Part shown: in pieces, positions 28,328-39,118 of the stretch
Position numbering within the stretch: the first letter of the stretch is position 1
How the letters are laid out: the number at the start of each line of letters is the position of its first letter
NCBI GenBank assembly: GCA_964570625.1
Contig: CAZMYW010000027.1
Location: forward strand, 285,510-349,509
DNA from: an uncultured Nitrospirota bacterium
Lineage (GTDB): Bacteria; Nitrospirota; Nitrospiria; 2-01-FULL-66-17
Reading direction: 5' to 3'
Length of the DNA: 64,000 bases
The notes under the pieces: generated by a model
Seen by the model: only the letters and a program-made list of their open reading frames with translations
What the model was told of the DNA's origin: nothing
Database searches by the model: none
Made by a program: the position numbers and the translations under genes

Positions 28328-29578
28328 TTACCGCTGACTGCGCGTCGTGCCGATCACGGCTTCCGCGACTTGCCGCATCGGCCGGCGGTTGTTCATACTC
28401 TGACGCTGCAGCACGCGAAAGGCCTCTTCCTCGGTCAGCCGGCGCTCCCGCATCAAGATGCCTTTGGCTTTCTCCACCAGTTTCCGCAGCTCCAACGCGT
28501 CGTGCATTTGCGCGGTCTCCTGCATCAAACGCGTGTTCTCGATCGCCACCGCCGCCTGATTGGCGATCGCCTGCAGCAACTCGATTTCGTCCGTCAAAAA
28601 CACGTGCGGCTCGGCAGTGTAGCTGTTGATCACGCCGACGGCTCGGTCTTTGTACAACATCGGCACTGACAGGAGAGAACGGAGTCCTTCTCGACGCGCC
28701 AGATCGGGATACACGTACCCCGGATCGGCCGTCACGTCGCAGACAGCGATCGGGCGTTTCTCCAGCACCGCCCGCCCGCTCACCGCCTGACCGATCTTGA
28801 GCGGCGGCTTGCTCCGGTACGCGTCGGACAGGCTCTGCGTGGCGGCGATACGCAGTTCCCCTCGCTCGTCGTCCGCGAGCATGATCGAGCAGATCGCGGA
28901 CCCCATGGTTCGAGCCGTGATCGTCACGATGAGGTGCAGCATCTCTTCGAGATACCGCGTCGATGTGATCGTGGTGCTTACCTGCAGGAGCGTCTCGAGC
29001 TGGAGCGTCTTACGGCGCATGCCTTCGTACAAACTGGCGTTTTCGATCGCCCCGCCCACCTGATGGCCGATCGCGGCAAGGAGCGCGATCTGCGAGACGG
29101 AATGGCGATGGGGATCCCGGTGCTGCACGTTGATCACGCCGATGACCTGGTCTTTGGCGATCACCGGCACGGACAAGAATGCCTGATAGCGGTCCTCGGG
29201 CAAGTTATGAAAACACTTGAACCGCGGGTCCTCGCTGGCGTGCTGGTCGATCGCCACGGGCGTACGCTCACGCGCGACCCATCCGGTGATCCCCTCCCCT
29301 ATCTCTAATTTGATTCGACCGATCAGTCGCGGATGCGGCTGTTTGGAGGCCCTCAGCACCAGTTCCTGATGGTTGTCATCGACGAGGTACAGAAACACGG
29401 CATCGCCAGCGGTCACCTCGACGACCAAGTCGATGATCTGTCGGAGCACGGCTTCCTGATCGAGCGTCCCACTGATGGTTTCGCTGATCCGTCGCAAGAC
29501 GTCCAATTCGCGGTTGGTCTGGCGCACCGCGTTGACGGCGGGGCGGGGTCGGCGGGACCGCGTGGTTATCGCAGCCAT
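28328..29578 (-). CDS. GAF-GAF-ANTAR RNA-binding antitermination regulator
   Basis: Two GAF domains and a C-terminal ANTAR domain (LRKLVEKAKGILMRERRLTEEEAFRVLQRQSMNNRRPMRQVAEAVI). Confidence 0.85.
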   Translation of the reverse strand: MAAITTRSRRPRPAVNAVRQTNRELDVLRRISETISGTLDQEAVLRQIIDLVVEVTAGDAVFLYLVDDNHQELVLRASKQPHPRLIGRIKLEIGEGITGWVARERTPVAIDQHASEDPRFKCFHNLPEDRYQAFLSVPVIAKDQVIGVINVQHRDPHRHSVSQIALLAAIGHQVGGAIENASLYEGMRRKTLQLETLLQVSTTITSTRYLEEMLHLIVTITARTMGSAICSIMLADDERGELRIAATQSLSDAYRSKPPLKIGQAVSGRAVLEKRPIAVCDVTADPGYVYPDLARREGLRSLLSVPMLYKDRAVGVINSYTAEPHVFLTDEIELLQAIANQAAVAIENTRLMQETAQMHDALELRKLVEKAKGILMRERRLTEEEAFRVLQRQSMNNRRPMRQVAEAVIGTTRSQR

Positions 29579-29638
29579 CGTGCGGGCATTCTAGCAATCC
29601 GCACGGAAAGTCTCAAATAGCGCCGCGATCGCTTGCGC

Positions 29639-31249
29639 TCACTCCGCCGTGACCAATACGTCGTACGTCCCCAACCGCCCGGCCGATGGCGGGGCCACCG
29701 GCGACCGCGCGATCTGGATGACGTACTCCGCGCCGGCCGTCGCCGCAAATGTCACCCGGGAGGACAACGTCGAAGCGTCGTTGGGCGGACAACTCGACGC
29801 ACACGATGTCGGGTACGTCAGCCCGCTGAGGTTGTCTGAGGCCGTGCCGTCGGATAGCCCCAGTACGTCCAGGATCGTATCCGCGGCGTTGGATACACCT
29901 GCGTCGCACGCAACCGGGCTCCCGGCGCAATGGGACGTGGCGATCGCATAGGTCCCGTCAGCCGGCGCTGTGAACCGCACGTGGTCCACGTCGCCGGCCG
30001 GATACAGCGAGTGGTGCTGAACGGCCGCCGGGTCGGCGATGAATAGGTCGATCGGCGCGGCTCGCGACGGATCGTCGTCGTTTCCGCCGGCTTCGTGATC
30101 ATCGCCCCACAAGTCGATGCTCCGGGCTTCCAGAATCGGTCGCAGATCGCCCGGGTTGGCCGCCTGCCACGCGACCCAGAAACTTTCGAAACTCACCGGC
30201 GACACCGCCAGCCCCTGGACCACGGACCAGACCGAGGAGAGCAACCCGCTGAGCGGGCCGGTCCCCTCATCGCCGTCCTCCGCGTCGTAGACATCCCACA
30301 AGACAGCGGCGACCGCCAATTCGTTGGTGTCGTACCGGGTGGCGGCGCCGAACGACGGCCCTTCGATGTCGAAAACCAACCGGACGCTGTCGCCGCTCGT
30401 GTCGATATGCGTGGGGTCGTTTCGCACTGCGCTGGAAAAGAAGGTTGCCCACCCCTCGGACCACGCCAGGCGCAGATCCATCGTCGAATCGGTCAAGCGG
30501 TGCGGCCCACCCGGCGAATCGTCTCGTGAGTAGACGTCGAGGACGAAATGACCGTACTCGTGGAGCAACACCGCGTCGTCGAACTCGTCAGGGTCCTCCG
30601 CCGTGCCCAGCACGGTGATGGCCTCCGTCGCGGGATTGTAGCTGGTGCCGTTCGGATTGCCGGGAAACCAGTACCACACCAGCGGCGAGACGGGCACGGC
30701 GCCCGAGAGGCCCTCGACCAACTCCCCGCCGCGGATGCCTTGATCCAAGATATTAAACGCACCGGCGCCGAGCGTTCCTCCGGTTCTCAACCCCGCCACC
30801 TCGACGGTTTCTCCGTCGCCGGCGTCGTCGTACGCCAATGCGGCCAACCCGTACAGAAACGGTTCGGCGGCAGACCGCCTCACGCTGACCGCGTATCGGC
30901 TGGACGACGAGAGCACGCGGACGTACACGCCGACTCGGCCGGGATTGTTGAAGGTCACCTGGAATCGCCCCTCGCCGTCCGTCTCCCCCGAAGCCAGCAC
31001 GGCGCCACTCTGGCAGCTGATGAGTTCGAACGCGGCATATCGAATGGGGGTTGCGGAGACCGCGCCGGTCGGCCCCTGCGTCGTGATGACCCGCTTGTCG
31101 TACAGCGCCTGGCCGGAGGCCGAACCGTCGCCGCCGACGTCAATACGCCCCTCGAACGGCGCGCACGACGAAAAGGTCCGCGGCGATCCCTCGTGGCAGC
31201 TCAACACGGCTGCGGCCAAGAGGGCGGCTCCCACGCGAATCACGGACAC
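29639..31249 (-). CDS. secreted lipoprotein with HExxH (LLHEYGHF) zincin-like motif
   Basis: Lipoprotein-type signal (AAAVLSC), Asp-rich putative Ca sites and the HEYGH motif. Start moved to a GTG just downstream of the preceding gene's stop. The track ORF begins at 31381, inside the upstream gene. Confidence 0.55.
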   Translation of the reverse strand: MSVIRVGAALLAAAVLSCHEGSPRTFSSCAPFEGRIDVGGDGSASGQALYDKRVITTQGPTGAVSATPIRYAAFELISCQSGAVLASGETDGEGRFQVTFNNPGRVGVYVRVLSSSSRYAVSVRRSAAEPFLYGLAALAYDDAGDGETVEVAGLRTGGTLGAGAFNILDQGIRGGELVEGLSGAVPVSPLVWYWFPGNPNGTSYNPATEAITVLGTAEDPDEFDDAVLLHEYGHFVLDVYSRDDSPGGPHRLTDSTMDLRLAWSEGWATFFSSAVRNDPTHIDTSGDSVRLVFDIEGPSFGAATRYDTNELAVAAVLWDVYDAEDGDEGTGPLSGLLSSVWSVVQGLAVSPVSFESFWVAWQAANPGDLRPILEARSIDLWGDDHEAGGNDDDPSRAAPIDLFIADPAAVQHHSLYPAGDVDHVRFTAPADGTYAIATSHCAGSPVACDAGVSNAADTILDVLGLSDGTASDNLSGLTYPTSCASSCPPNDASTLSSRVTFAATAGAEYVIQIARSPVAPPSAGRLGTYDVLVTAE

Positions 31250-31254
31250 GGATG

Positions 31255-31983
31255 TCAGGCTTTTTGTGACGCCAGGTCGGGGGCCGGCCAGAACAGGATG
31301 CGGTGGCAATACGTGCAGGTCAACAGCTTCTCGTTTTTGCGGAGATCCGCCACCAGTTGCGGAGGCAGCGCCAATCGGCACCCTTGGCAGGCGCCGTTCC
31401 TCAGGGCCACGACGGCAAGTCCTTTGCGCGTCGTCTTCAAATAATCATACGTCTGGCTGTTGGAGGGAGCCAGTTGGGCTGCCAGCGCGCGTGCGTCGAA
31501 TCCAAGGCGCTCAGTCTCGGCTTCCATCGCTCGCTGCTCGGCCTCGATCCGAGCGCGTTCCTGCTCGAATTCCCCCTTGCGAGCCGCCAGCGCGTCCTCG
31601 CGCTCCTTGATGGTCCGCTGCAGCACTTCGCCGCGATCCATCATTTCGAGGAGCCGTTCCTCGACCGTCCCTTTTTCTTGCTGAGCCAGCTCGATCTCGA
31701 ACAGGTGGGCCTGATACTCCTTGTTGGACTTGATGTCCCCCGATCGGCCCTTGAGTTTCTCGATCCGTTCTTCACGCTCCTTCAGGTCCTGCTCTTTCTC
31801 ACGTCGGTCTCGGTTGACCACGTCGAGATCGCTCTTCGCCTTGACGATCTCCGCGGTTGCGTCCTCGACGGGTTTCGCTGCTGCTTCGATCAGGAGCGGA
31901 ACCTGGCGGCGCTTCTCCGTGTGTGCGTCGAGTTGGAGGTCCAACTCCTGAAGGCGGATCAGTACGGCAAGCTGTTCGTTCAC
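31255..31983 (-). CDS. coiled-coil protein with C-terminal C4 zinc ribbon (COG1579-like)
   Basis: Long heptad-rich region, then CQGC...CTYC. GTG start at VNEQLAV chosen, because the track ATG would read across tRNA-Met. Confidence 0.65.
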   Translation of the reverse strand: MNEQLAVLIRLQELDLQLDAHTEKRRQVPLLIEAAAKPVEDATAEIVKAKSDLDVVNRDRREKEQDLKEREERIEKLKGRSGDIKSNKEYQAHLFEIELAQQEKGTVEERLLEMMDRGEVLQRTIKEREDALAARKGEFEQERARIEAEQRAMEAETERLGFDARALAAQLAPSNSQTYDYLKTTRKGLAVVALRNGACQGCRLALPPQLVADLRKNEKLLTCTYCHRILFWPAPDLASQKA

Positions 31984-32079
31984 GCGGGTTCCTCGACAAT
32001 TCCAAACGCTCCCATTCCGACGGATCTCGTTGTTCGGCGACCGGCGATCAGGCCCGTACGGTTCTCCCCAAACGAGGAT

Positions 32080-32152
32080 GGGCCCACCAGGACTCGAACC
32101 TGGGACCAACCGGTTATGAGCCGGCAGCTCTGACCAACTGAGCTATGGGCCC
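32080..32152 (-). tRNA. tRNA with CAT anticodon (elongator Met, or Ile2 if lysidinylated)
   Basis: Reverse complement GGGCCCATAGCTCAGTTGGTCAGAGCTGCCGGCTCATAACCGGTTGGTCCCAGGTTCGAGTCCTGGTGGGCCCA forms a cloverleaf with anticodon loop CTCATAA. Confidence 0.85.
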
Positions 32153-32155
32153 TCA

Positions 32156-33976
32156 TCATCCCTCCACAAAACTCTTGAGCCGCCGACTCCGGCTCGGATG
32201 TCTGAGCTTACGGAGCGCTTTCGCTTCGATTTGGCGAATGCGTTCGCGCGTGACTTCGAAATCTTGGCCCACTTCCTCGAGGGTGTGGTCGGTGGTCTCC
32301 CCGATGCCAAATCGTTTCCGTAGCACCTTCGCCTCGCGGCTGGTCAACGTGCTCAGCACGTTGCCGATCTGTCGCTGCAGATCATACCGAATCGTCGCTT
32401 CGAGCGGCGACGCGACCCGTTTGTCTTCGATAAAGTCCCCGAGGTGGCTGTCCTCCTCTTCCCCGATGGGCGTTTCGAGCGAAATCGGCTCCTTCGCGAT
32501 CTTGAGGATCTTGCGGACCTTGTCCAGCGACAGATCCATCTTCTCCGCGATCTCTTCGGGTAGGGGTTCTCGTCCGAGTTCCTGCACCAGCAGCCGCGAC
32601 GTGCGGATCAGTTTGTTGATCGTCTCGATCATGTGAACCGGAATGCGGATCGTTCGCGCCTGATCCGCGATCGCCCGGGTGATCGCCTGCCGGATCCACC
32701 ACGTGGCGTAAGTGGAAAACTTGTAGCCGCGGCGGTATTCGAACTTGTCAACGGCTTTCATCAAACCGATGTTGCCTTCTTGGATCAGGTCGAGAAACTG
32801 CAGCCCGCGGTTCGTGTACTTCTTCGCGATGCTGACCACCAGCCGGAGGTTCGCTTCGACCAGTTCGCCCTTCGCGCGTTTGATCTTCTGGTCGCCCAGG
32901 TGCAGCTGCCGGATCGCGCCTTTGAGTTCCGCCGCGGAGACCGCCGCCTCCATTTCGGTGGTCCGGATCAGCCGCAACGCGTTCCGGTACCGTTTTTCCA
33001 CCTGTGAAAACTCGTCCTCGCTCATCTCGATTTTCTTGAGCAGCACCTTGAGCGCGCGGGGATTGTGTTTCATCCGGCGGAAAATCACCAGCGGCTCTTC
33101 CTCCGGACCGCCCATGCGGCGCCGGATGTCGGCCATCTCGCATTCGGAACGGGCGACGTCGTCCGCCAGAGCCTTCAGACGTTTGAGCACTTCGTCGAGG
33201 AACCTGGACTGGAGCTTCAACCCCTCGACTTTCACCACCAAACGGTCCTGGGCTTCCTTCACCTCCTGCTTCATCTTGCGGCGTTTGGCGGCGTCGCTCC
33301 CGGCCCGCTTCCAGCGGATCGCCACGTGATTCAATTCCCGAAGCAGGGTCCGAATGCCGCCCAATAGATGCAACACCTTGTTCTTCAATTCGGACGTGTC
33401 CCGCTCACCCGCCTCCTGGTCGGCGATATCCTCGTCGAAGGCGACCACCAGATCCTCGACCCGAATCGTGTCCTGTTTGAGCAACTCGCCGCTCGCCAGG
33501 ATTTCCCTCACGGTCATCGGCATCCCGAACACGATCGAACTCACCTCGCGTTTTCCCTCTTCGATGCGCTTGGCGATTTCGATTTCGCCTTCCCGGCTCA
33601 GCAGATGGACGCTGCCGATCTCCTTCAGATACAGCCGGACCGGATCGTCGGTTCGGTTCAGAATTCCCGGCGTGAGGTCGATCTCTTGTTCTTTTTCCTC
33701 GCTCTCTTCCAGGAACTCCTCGCCGGTTTCTTCGTTGTCCTCCGGTTCCTCCAGTTCTTCTTCCGCTTCTCCGAGCGGAGGAAAGCGGCCTTCCTCCCCC
33801 GAGTCGACCACTTCGATGTCCATCTCGCCGAACATCACCATAAGATTGTCGATCTGCTCGGAGGAGAGCACATCGGCGGGAAGGGCGTTGTTCAATTCGT
33901 CGTATGTGAGGAACCCCTTTTCCTTCCCCAAGGAGATGAGGTTTTTGACTTCGTCGAGTTTCTCGTCTTTGGACAT
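32156..33976 (-). CDS. rpoD: RNA polymerase primary sigma factor
   Basis: Region 1.1 and an acidic spacer, the RpoD box ([33 protein letters not shown]), regions 3 and 4 ([28 protein letters not shown]). 606 aa. Confidence 0.95.
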   Translation of the reverse strand: MSKDEKLDEVKNLISLGKEKGFLTYDELNNALPADVLSSEQIDNLMVMFGEMDIEVVDSGEEGRFPPLGEAEEELEEPEDNEETGEEFLEESEEKEQEIDLTPGILNRTDDPVRLYLKEIGSVHLLSREGEIEIAKRIEEGKREVSSIVFGMPMTVREILASGELLKQDTIRVEDLVVAFDEDIADQEAGERDTSELKNKVLHLLGGIRTLLRELNHVAIRWKRAGSDAAKRRKMKQEVKEAQDRLVVKVEGLKLQSRFLDEVLKRLKALADDVARSECEMADIRRRMGGPEEEPLVIFRRMKHNPRALKVLLKKIEMSEDEFSQVEKRYRNALRLIRTTEMEAAVSAAELKGAIRQLHLGDQKIKRAKGELVEANLRLVVSIAKKYTNRGLQFLDLIQEGNIGLMKAVDKFEYRRGYKFSTYATWWIRQAITRAIADQARTIRIPVHMIETINKLIRTSRLLVQELGREPLPEEIAEKMDLSLDKVRKILKIAKEPISLETPIGEEEDSHLGDFIEDKRVASPLEATIRYDLQRQIGNVLSTLTSREAKVLRKRFGIGETTDHTLEEVGQDFEVTRERIRQIEAKALRKLRHPSRSRRLKSFVEG

Positions 33977-34027
33977 GAACGTTATGCTCCCGCCGCCTTA
34001 TCCACGCACTGTCTGGGAGGCTCCAGC

Positions 34028-35893
34028 CTACGAGCCCCGATGTTGTTCGATCTCTACGATTTCCTTTTTGAGCCGGCCGAGTTCACGCTGTAACCGTTCT
34101 CTCTCCCCCTGATCCTGACATTGATCGATCGATCGAGGGATTTCCGCCACTCGGCGTTCATGTTGATGACGGCGAAGTGTGACCACACAATCGCGAATCT
34201 GCTGCTCGGGATCGTCCCCATCGAACGGATACGTGGCCAGCTTGGTGAGCGCGGCCGCGACGTCCTCTCGTCCCTCGGACAACGCCCGATCTCGAAGGAT
34301 GACTGGCAGATCGCTGCCACGTGCTCCCAGCTCTCCCCGCGCCGCCTGCAACACGGACCGCAACGTGTCATCCGTCAAGGCGTCGTCGGACACCGCCGCG
34401 AGAAGGCCCGCGGCCAACCGCCCCTGGATCAAGGCCGCCACGACTCCCTCCTCCGCCGGTGGCCACGCGCAAGTGACAGGCGGCGTGTGACTGCGCGGTC
34501 CGCCGGGTACACCTGGTGGGGTCCCGGCCGAACCCGACTTTCGGCCGCGGTGCAGTTCATCGCGCAACGAGGACTCGGCCACGCGAATGCGGTCGGCCAG
34601 CCACCGCACATAGTGGTCGCGGTCGATCGCGTTCGAGAGCTTCGCCACCACCGGCAAAGCGCGCGCCGCCGCGGATTTTTTGGCGTCCGTCGCGCGATAG
34701 TCCCCGGGCGGGACCAGATGGTTCAGCACGAATTCGGTCAGACTCACCGCCCGGTCCAATGCGGCGCGAAACGCGTCGGGACCGTCGTCGTGGATGACCC
34801 GATCAGGATCCTTACCCGGAGGCAAGGAGGCGACGTCCACCCGCAGATCAAGGGGCACGAAGAGATCCACCGTCCGCAGCGCCGCGCGCACGCCGGCGTC
34901 GTCCGGATCGAACACCAGACAGACACGGGTGACCAGTCTGCGGACCGCCTCCAGGTGCGCTGGGGTGAGCGCGGTGCCGAGAGTCGCCACGACGTTGGTG
35001 ACGCCGGCTTGGTGCGCGGCGATCACGTCGAAATACCCTTCGACCACGACCAACACCCCGCTCGACGACACGGCCTGGCGCGCCCGGTCGAGCGCGAACA
35101 ACTGCCGCCCTTTGGTGAACAGCGGCGTATCCGGTGAATTCAAGTACTTGGGGAGCGTATCGTCCAGCACCCGTCCCCCGAACGCCACGACCTGCCCATG
35201 CACGTCGCGGATCGGACAGATCACCCGGTGTCGAAAACGGTCGTACCATCCGCCGCCCTGGGTCCGCGGAACCGCCAGCCCCGCGTCCTGGAGTTGCGCC
35301 GGCGTCCAGCCTTTCGCGGTCAACGCGGTGAAGAGGTCGTCCCACGACGCCGTCGCGTACCCCAGTCCGAACGCCTCGATGGTGTCCGCGGTCACGCGAC
35401 GCGACTGGAGATAGCGCCGGGCCGCATCGCCTTCCCGGCCGGTCAGCCGTCGGCGGAAGTGCTCGGCGGCCGCGATGTGGATGTCGTACAACGATTGGCG
35501 GTGCCGGTCGACGACCGACGATTCTCGGGAAGGCAACGGCACGTTGGCTTTGCGAGCCAGCCACTGCACGGCCTCGGGGAAACTGACCGACTCGCGCTGC
35601 ATCACGAACGCGAAGAGATCGCCGCCGGCCCCGCAACCAAAGCAATGATACAACTGCTTGGACGCGCTGACCGTGAACGACGGACGTTTCTCTCCGTGGA
35701 ACGGACAGAGGCCGACCGCGTTCTGACCGGTTCGTTTGAGGGAGACGTAGGCGCCGATGAACTCGGCGAGGTCCACCCGTTCGCGGATCGCGTGAAGCAC
35801 CGCGTCGGAAAACCCGCGTCCGGGCCGATCGTGTCGGCCCGACCCGGGAACCGCCCGCTCAGCGGAGGGGGGATCGTGAGCCGTTGACGTCAT
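34028..35893 (-). CDS. dnaG: DNA primase
   Basis: Zinc-binding CPFHGEKRPSF..YHCFGCGAGGD, the TOPRIM region (VVVVEGYFDVIA, DPDDAGVRAAL) and a C-terminal DnaB-interaction region. Confidence 0.9.
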   Translation of the reverse strand: MTSTAHDPPSAERAVPGSGRHDRPGRGFSDAVLHAIRERVDLAEFIGAYVSLKRTGQNAVGLCPFHGEKRPSFTVSASKQLYHCFGCGAGGDLFAFVMQRESVSFPEAVQWLARKANVPLPSRESSVVDRHRQSLYDIHIAAAEHFRRRLTGREGDAARRYLQSRRVTADTIEAFGLGYATASWDDLFTALTAKGWTPAQLQDAGLAVPRTQGGGWYDRFRHRVICPIRDVHGQVVAFGGRVLDDTLPKYLNSPDTPLFTKGRQLFALDRARQAVSSSGVLVVVEGYFDVIAAHQAGVTNVVATLGTALTPAHLEAVRRLVTRVCLVFDPDDAGVRAALRTVDLFVPLDLRVDVASLPPGKDPDRVIHDDGPDAFRAALDRAVSLTEFVLNHLVPPGDYRATDAKKSAAARALPVVAKLSNAIDRDHYVRWLADRIRVAESSLRDELHRGRKSGSAGTPPGVPGGPRSHTPPVTCAWPPAEEGVVAALIQGRLAAGLLAAVSDDALTDDTLRSVLQAARGELGARGSDLPVILRDRALSEGREDVAAALTKLATYPFDGDDPEQQIRDCVVTLRRHQHERRVAEIPRSIDQCQDQGERERLQRELGRLKKEIVEIEQHRGS

Positions 35894-36361
35894 TTACGAC
35901 GATGATGGGAGGCGCTCCAAATATCGTTTGACCGCCGCGTTGACGGTCCCACCCTCCGCGCGGCCCGCCACGCGGGACATGGTCGCCTTCATCACGTTGC
36001 CCATGTCTTTCATGCTGGAGGCGCCGATCTCAGTACCCACCGCGCGCACCAGGTCATCGAGTTCTTGCTCCGAAAACGGCGTCGGAAGAAACGACTGGAG
36101 GATGGTGACCTCTTCCTCCTCTTTGACAACGAGATCCTCTCGACCGGCTTTTCGGAACTGCTCGATCGAGTCCCGCCGCTGTTTGATGCCGCTGTGGATG
36201 ACTTCCAGGACGTCGTGGTCGGTAAGCGGGCGGTCTTTCCCTCGATCGATTTCCCGGTTCTTCAGGGCGGCGCGGATCATCCGGATGGTCGACAGTCTGG
36301 CGGTGCGTCCGCTCCGCATCGCTTCCTTCATCTCTTCGACCAACCGTTCCTGAAGAGCCAT
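35894..36361 (-). CDS. yqeY: GatB/YqeY domain protein
   Basis: YqeY-family N-terminus MALQERLVEEMKEAMRSG. Conserved position upstream of dnaG. Confidence 0.85.
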   Translation of the reverse strand: MALQERLVEEMKEAMRSGRTARLSTIRMIRAALKNREIDRGKDRPLTDHDVLEVIHSGIKQRRDSIEQFRKAGREDLVVKEEEEVTILQSFLPTPFSEQELDDLVRAVGTEIGASSMKDMGNVMKATMSRVAGRAEGGTVNAAVKRYLERLPSSS

Positions 36362-36396
36362 TATTCCCCGCTCACGTTGGATGTAAAAAGGTTCTT

Positions 36397-36426
36397 ATTA
36401 TACGGAATGCGTTTCCGGAGGGTCAA
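36397..36426 (-). promoter_or_regulatory. sigma-70 promoter TTGACC, 18 nt, TATAAT for yqeY-dnaG-rpoD
   Basis: The minus-strand reading is TTGACCctccggaaacgcattccgTATAAT. It ends about 35 nt before the yqeY start. Confidence 0.6.
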
Positions 36427-36467
36427 CCCACATCGCGTCATGGGCGTGTGCGAATGATTCGGCGCGC

Positions 36468-36818
36468 TCAGCCTGGCGGCCACGTCATCTGACGCCCTCC
36501 GAGTAGATGGACGTGGAGATGGAACACGGTTTGGCCGCCATTCGACCCCACGTTAATCACGGTTCGGTATCCGGATGCCGCGACTCCGGTTTTGGCGGCC
36601 AGGAGGTTCACGCTCGCCATCAGCGACGCGATCACGGGGGTGTCTTCGACCGCGAGCGCCTGCAGACCGTCGATGTGACGTTTGGGAATCACCAGCAGAT
36701 GCACCGGCGCCTTGGGGGCGGTATCCTGGAACGCCAACACCTCGTCGGTTTCGTGGACGATCGCGGCCGGGAGTTCCCGGCGGACGATCCGACAGAACAG
36801 GCACGTCGACGCGCTCAT
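36468..36818 (-). CDS. HIT-family (histidine triad) hydrolase
   Basis: CLFCRIV, HLLVIPKRH and the HLHVHLLGG triad. Start trimmed to MSASTC. Confidence 0.85.
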   Translation of the reverse strand: MSASTCLFCRIVRRELPAAIVHETDEVLAFQDTAPKAPVHLLVIPKRHIDGLQALAVEDTPVIASLMASVNLLAAKTGVAASGYRTVINVGSNGGQTVFHLHVHLLGGRQMTWPPG

Positions 36819-36861
36819 CCTCTCTCCCTGTTCGTAGTGCCGGTGATGCCGCGAGTCCGGC

Positions 36862-37596
36862 TCAGCGTGTACGGCGGCGGGTTCCTGGTGTCGCACGCCT
36901 CGCGGCGGGTCGTCGCGTGGACGTCGGTCGCGGACGTGCCCCAAACCGTCGTTCCAGCTCTTCATAAATCGCCGCGGGAGCAATCTCGTGGTGCCCCAGC
37001 GCGATCAATGAGTGGAACCAGAGATCCGCCGTCTCCCACACGATCTGATCACGCGCTCCGTTCTTGGAAGCGAGCAGCATTTCGCCCGCCTCTTCGGCGA
37101 CCTTCTTGAGGATTCGGTCGAGCCCCTCGGCAAACAACGACGCAACGTACGATCCATCGACGGGATGGGCCTTGCGATCGAGGATCACGCGATAGACCCG
37201 ATCGAGCACCGCCCCCGTGGGTCCGTCCGTGACGCGAACCAGCCGGTTGCCTTCGACGCGGCGGAAAAAACAGGTGGGTTCTCCGGTATGACACGCCGGT
37301 CCCGTCTGATCCACTTCCACCACCAGCGCGTCGCCGTCGCAGTCGAGCCGGATCGAGACCACGGCCTGCGTGTGACCGGACGTCTCTCCCTTCTTCCAGA
37401 GCATGCGGCGCGAGCGACTGTAAAAGTGCGTGGAGCCCGTCCTGAGCGTCAATGCGAGCGCCTCGCGGTTCATGTACGCCAGCATGAGCACCCGCCCGGA
37501 GGCTCGCTCCTGCACGATGGCGGGCACCAACCCGGCCGCATCGAACCGCACCGCCTTCCCGAGATCGATCGGTTTTTTCGTCTTCGCCTTCGGCAC
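36862..37596 (-). CDS. hisI: bifunctional phosphoribosyl-AMP cyclohydrolase / phosphoribosyl-ATP pyrophosphatase
   Basis: The HisI region ([42 protein letters not shown]) is followed by a HisE region ([22 protein letters not shown]). There is a basic Arg/Pro-rich C-tail. Confidence 0.9.
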   Translation of the reverse strand: MPKAKTKKPIDLGKAVRFDAAGLVPAIVQERASGRVLMLAYMNREALALTLRTGSTHFYSRSRRMLWKKGETSGHTQAVVSIRLDCDGDALVVEVDQTGPACHTGEPTCFFRRVEGNRLVRVTDGPTGAVLDRVYRVILDRKAHPVDGSYVASLFAEGLDRILKKVAEEAGEMLLASKNGARDQIVWETADLWFHSLIALGHHEIAPAAIYEELERRFGARPRPTSTRRPAARRATPGTRRRTR

Positions 37597-37604
37597 CGAC
37601 GCTC

Positions 37605-38402
37605 CTAACCCGGCCTCACCACGATGCCCCGTTCGGCCAAATACTCCTTGACCTGCTTGATGCTCAGCCGACGATCGTGAAACAGCGACGCCGCCAGGAC
37701 CGCGTCCGCTCCACCCAACGCCAAGGCCTCGTAAAAGTGCTGAAGCGTTCCCGCGCCGCCGGATGCCACGACGGGCACAGTCACCGCGGACGTCACGGCG
37801 CGCAATAACGCGACGTCGTACCCCTGCTGCGTCCCGTCCCGGTCGATGCTCGTCAGCAGCACCTCACCCGCCCCCAGGTCCACCGCTTGTCGCGCCCAGG
37901 CCACCGCATCCAACCCGGCGGGACGACGGCCGCCGTGCGTCAGCACCTCCCACCCGTCCGTCCCCGCGCGCGCGTCGATCGCCACCACGATGCACTGACT
38001 CCCGAACCGTTCCGCCGCTTCACGGATCAAGTCGGGCCGCGCCACCGCGGCGGTATTGATCGACACCTTATCGGCGCCGGCCAACAGCAACGCCCGGATG
38101 TCGTCGGTCCCGCGAACGCCTCCCCCCACCGTCAGCGGCATGAACGCGCGCTCGGCGGTTCGGCTGACCACGTCGAGCAAGATGGGTCGCTCGTCCGACG
38201 ACGCGGTGATGTCCAGAAAACACAGTTCATCCGCACCCTCGGCGTCGTACCCGGCCGCGGCCTCCACCGGATCGCCGGTGTCGCGCAGGTCCACGAACCG
38301 CACGCCCTTCACCACACGGCCGTCTTTCACATCCAAACAAGGAATAATCCGTTTGGCGAACGTGCCTGATCCGCTGAAAACGGGCGCCTGCTGCGTGGTC
38401 AC
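37605..38402 (-). CDS. hisF: imidazole glycerol phosphate synthase, cyclase subunit
   Basis: [20 protein letters not shown] and [13 protein letters not shown]. The start was reassigned to a GTG at 38400-38402, which overlaps the hisA TGA stop as GTGA. The track ORF's 100-aa N-terminal extension lies inside hisA. Confidence 0.9.
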   Translation of the reverse strand: MTTQQAPVFSGSGTFAKRIIPCLDVKDGRVVKGVRFVDLRDTGDPVEAAAGYDAEGADELCFLDITASSDERPILLDVVSRTAERAFMPLTVGGGVRGTDDIRALLLAGADKVSINTAAVARPDLIREAAERFGSQCIVVAIDARAGTDGWEVLTHGGRRPAGLDAVAWARQAVDLGAGEVLLTSIDRDGTQQGYDVALLRAVTSAVTVPVVASGGAGTLQHFYEALALGGADAVLAASLFHDRRLSIKQVKEYLAERGIVVRPG

Positions 38403-39118
38403 GTCTTCCCCGCCGCCATGGCGTCGCGCAGCGACAACACGCCGCGGTAGAGCGCCTGCCCCACGATCGCGGCCTCGACGCCGCGAATCGCGGCCAGCGC
38501 CCGAACGTGTTCGGTCGTCGCAACTCCGCCGGACGCGATCACCGGGGTCGGCGACGCGCCGGCCACTGCGGCGAGCGCCTCGATATTGGGCCCCTCTTGT
38601 GTGCCGTCCCGGCTGATGTCGGTGTACAACACCGCCGCAACGCCAGACTGGGACGCCTCCCGGACCACGTCCAACGCCGAACGGTTCGTCGCCTCGACCC
38701 ACCCGCGGATGGCGACTCGGCCGTCCCGCGCGTCGACCGCCACCACGATCCGTCCCGGAAACCGCGCGCAGGCCTCCCGCACGAACGCGGAATCGAGCGC
38801 GGCGCGCGTGCCCAACACGACCCGGTCGGCGCCGGCGGTCACGTACCGCTCGATCGTCGCCACCTCGCGCACACCGCCCCCCACCTGCACCGGAACCTTG
38901 ACCGCCTTCAGAATGGCCTCCACCGCGGCGTGGTTTCTCGGCTCACCCTCCACGGCGCCGTCCAAATCCACGACGTGCAGCCGCTCGGCGCCCTCGGACG
39001 CCCAGCGTTCCGCCATGGCGGCGGGATCGTCGCCGTACACGGTCTCCGCGTCGAATCGTCCCTGCCAGAGCCGGACGCACCGTCCGCCTCGGATATCGAC
39101 GGCCGGAATGATCGTCAC
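38399..39118 (-). CDS. hisA: ProFAR isomerase
   Basis: [25 protein letters not shown] and [11 protein letters not shown]. Confidence 0.9.
   Translation of the reverse strand: MTIIPAVDIRGGRCVRLWQGRFDAETVYGDDPAAMAERWASEGAERLHVVDLDGAVEGEPRNHAAVEAILKAVKVPVQVGGGVREVATIERYVTAGADRVVLGTRAALDSAFVREACARFPGRIVVAVDARDGRVAIRGWVEATNRSALDVVREASQSGVAAVLYTDISRDGTQEGPNIEALAAVAGASPTPVIASGGVATTEHVRALAAIRGVEAAIVGQALYRGVLSLRDAMAAGKT

Noticed and set aside
36362-36467. rpsU (S21) gene expected upstream of yqeY/dnaG
   Set aside because: The gap is 106 bp with no ORF. It contains the promoter instead.
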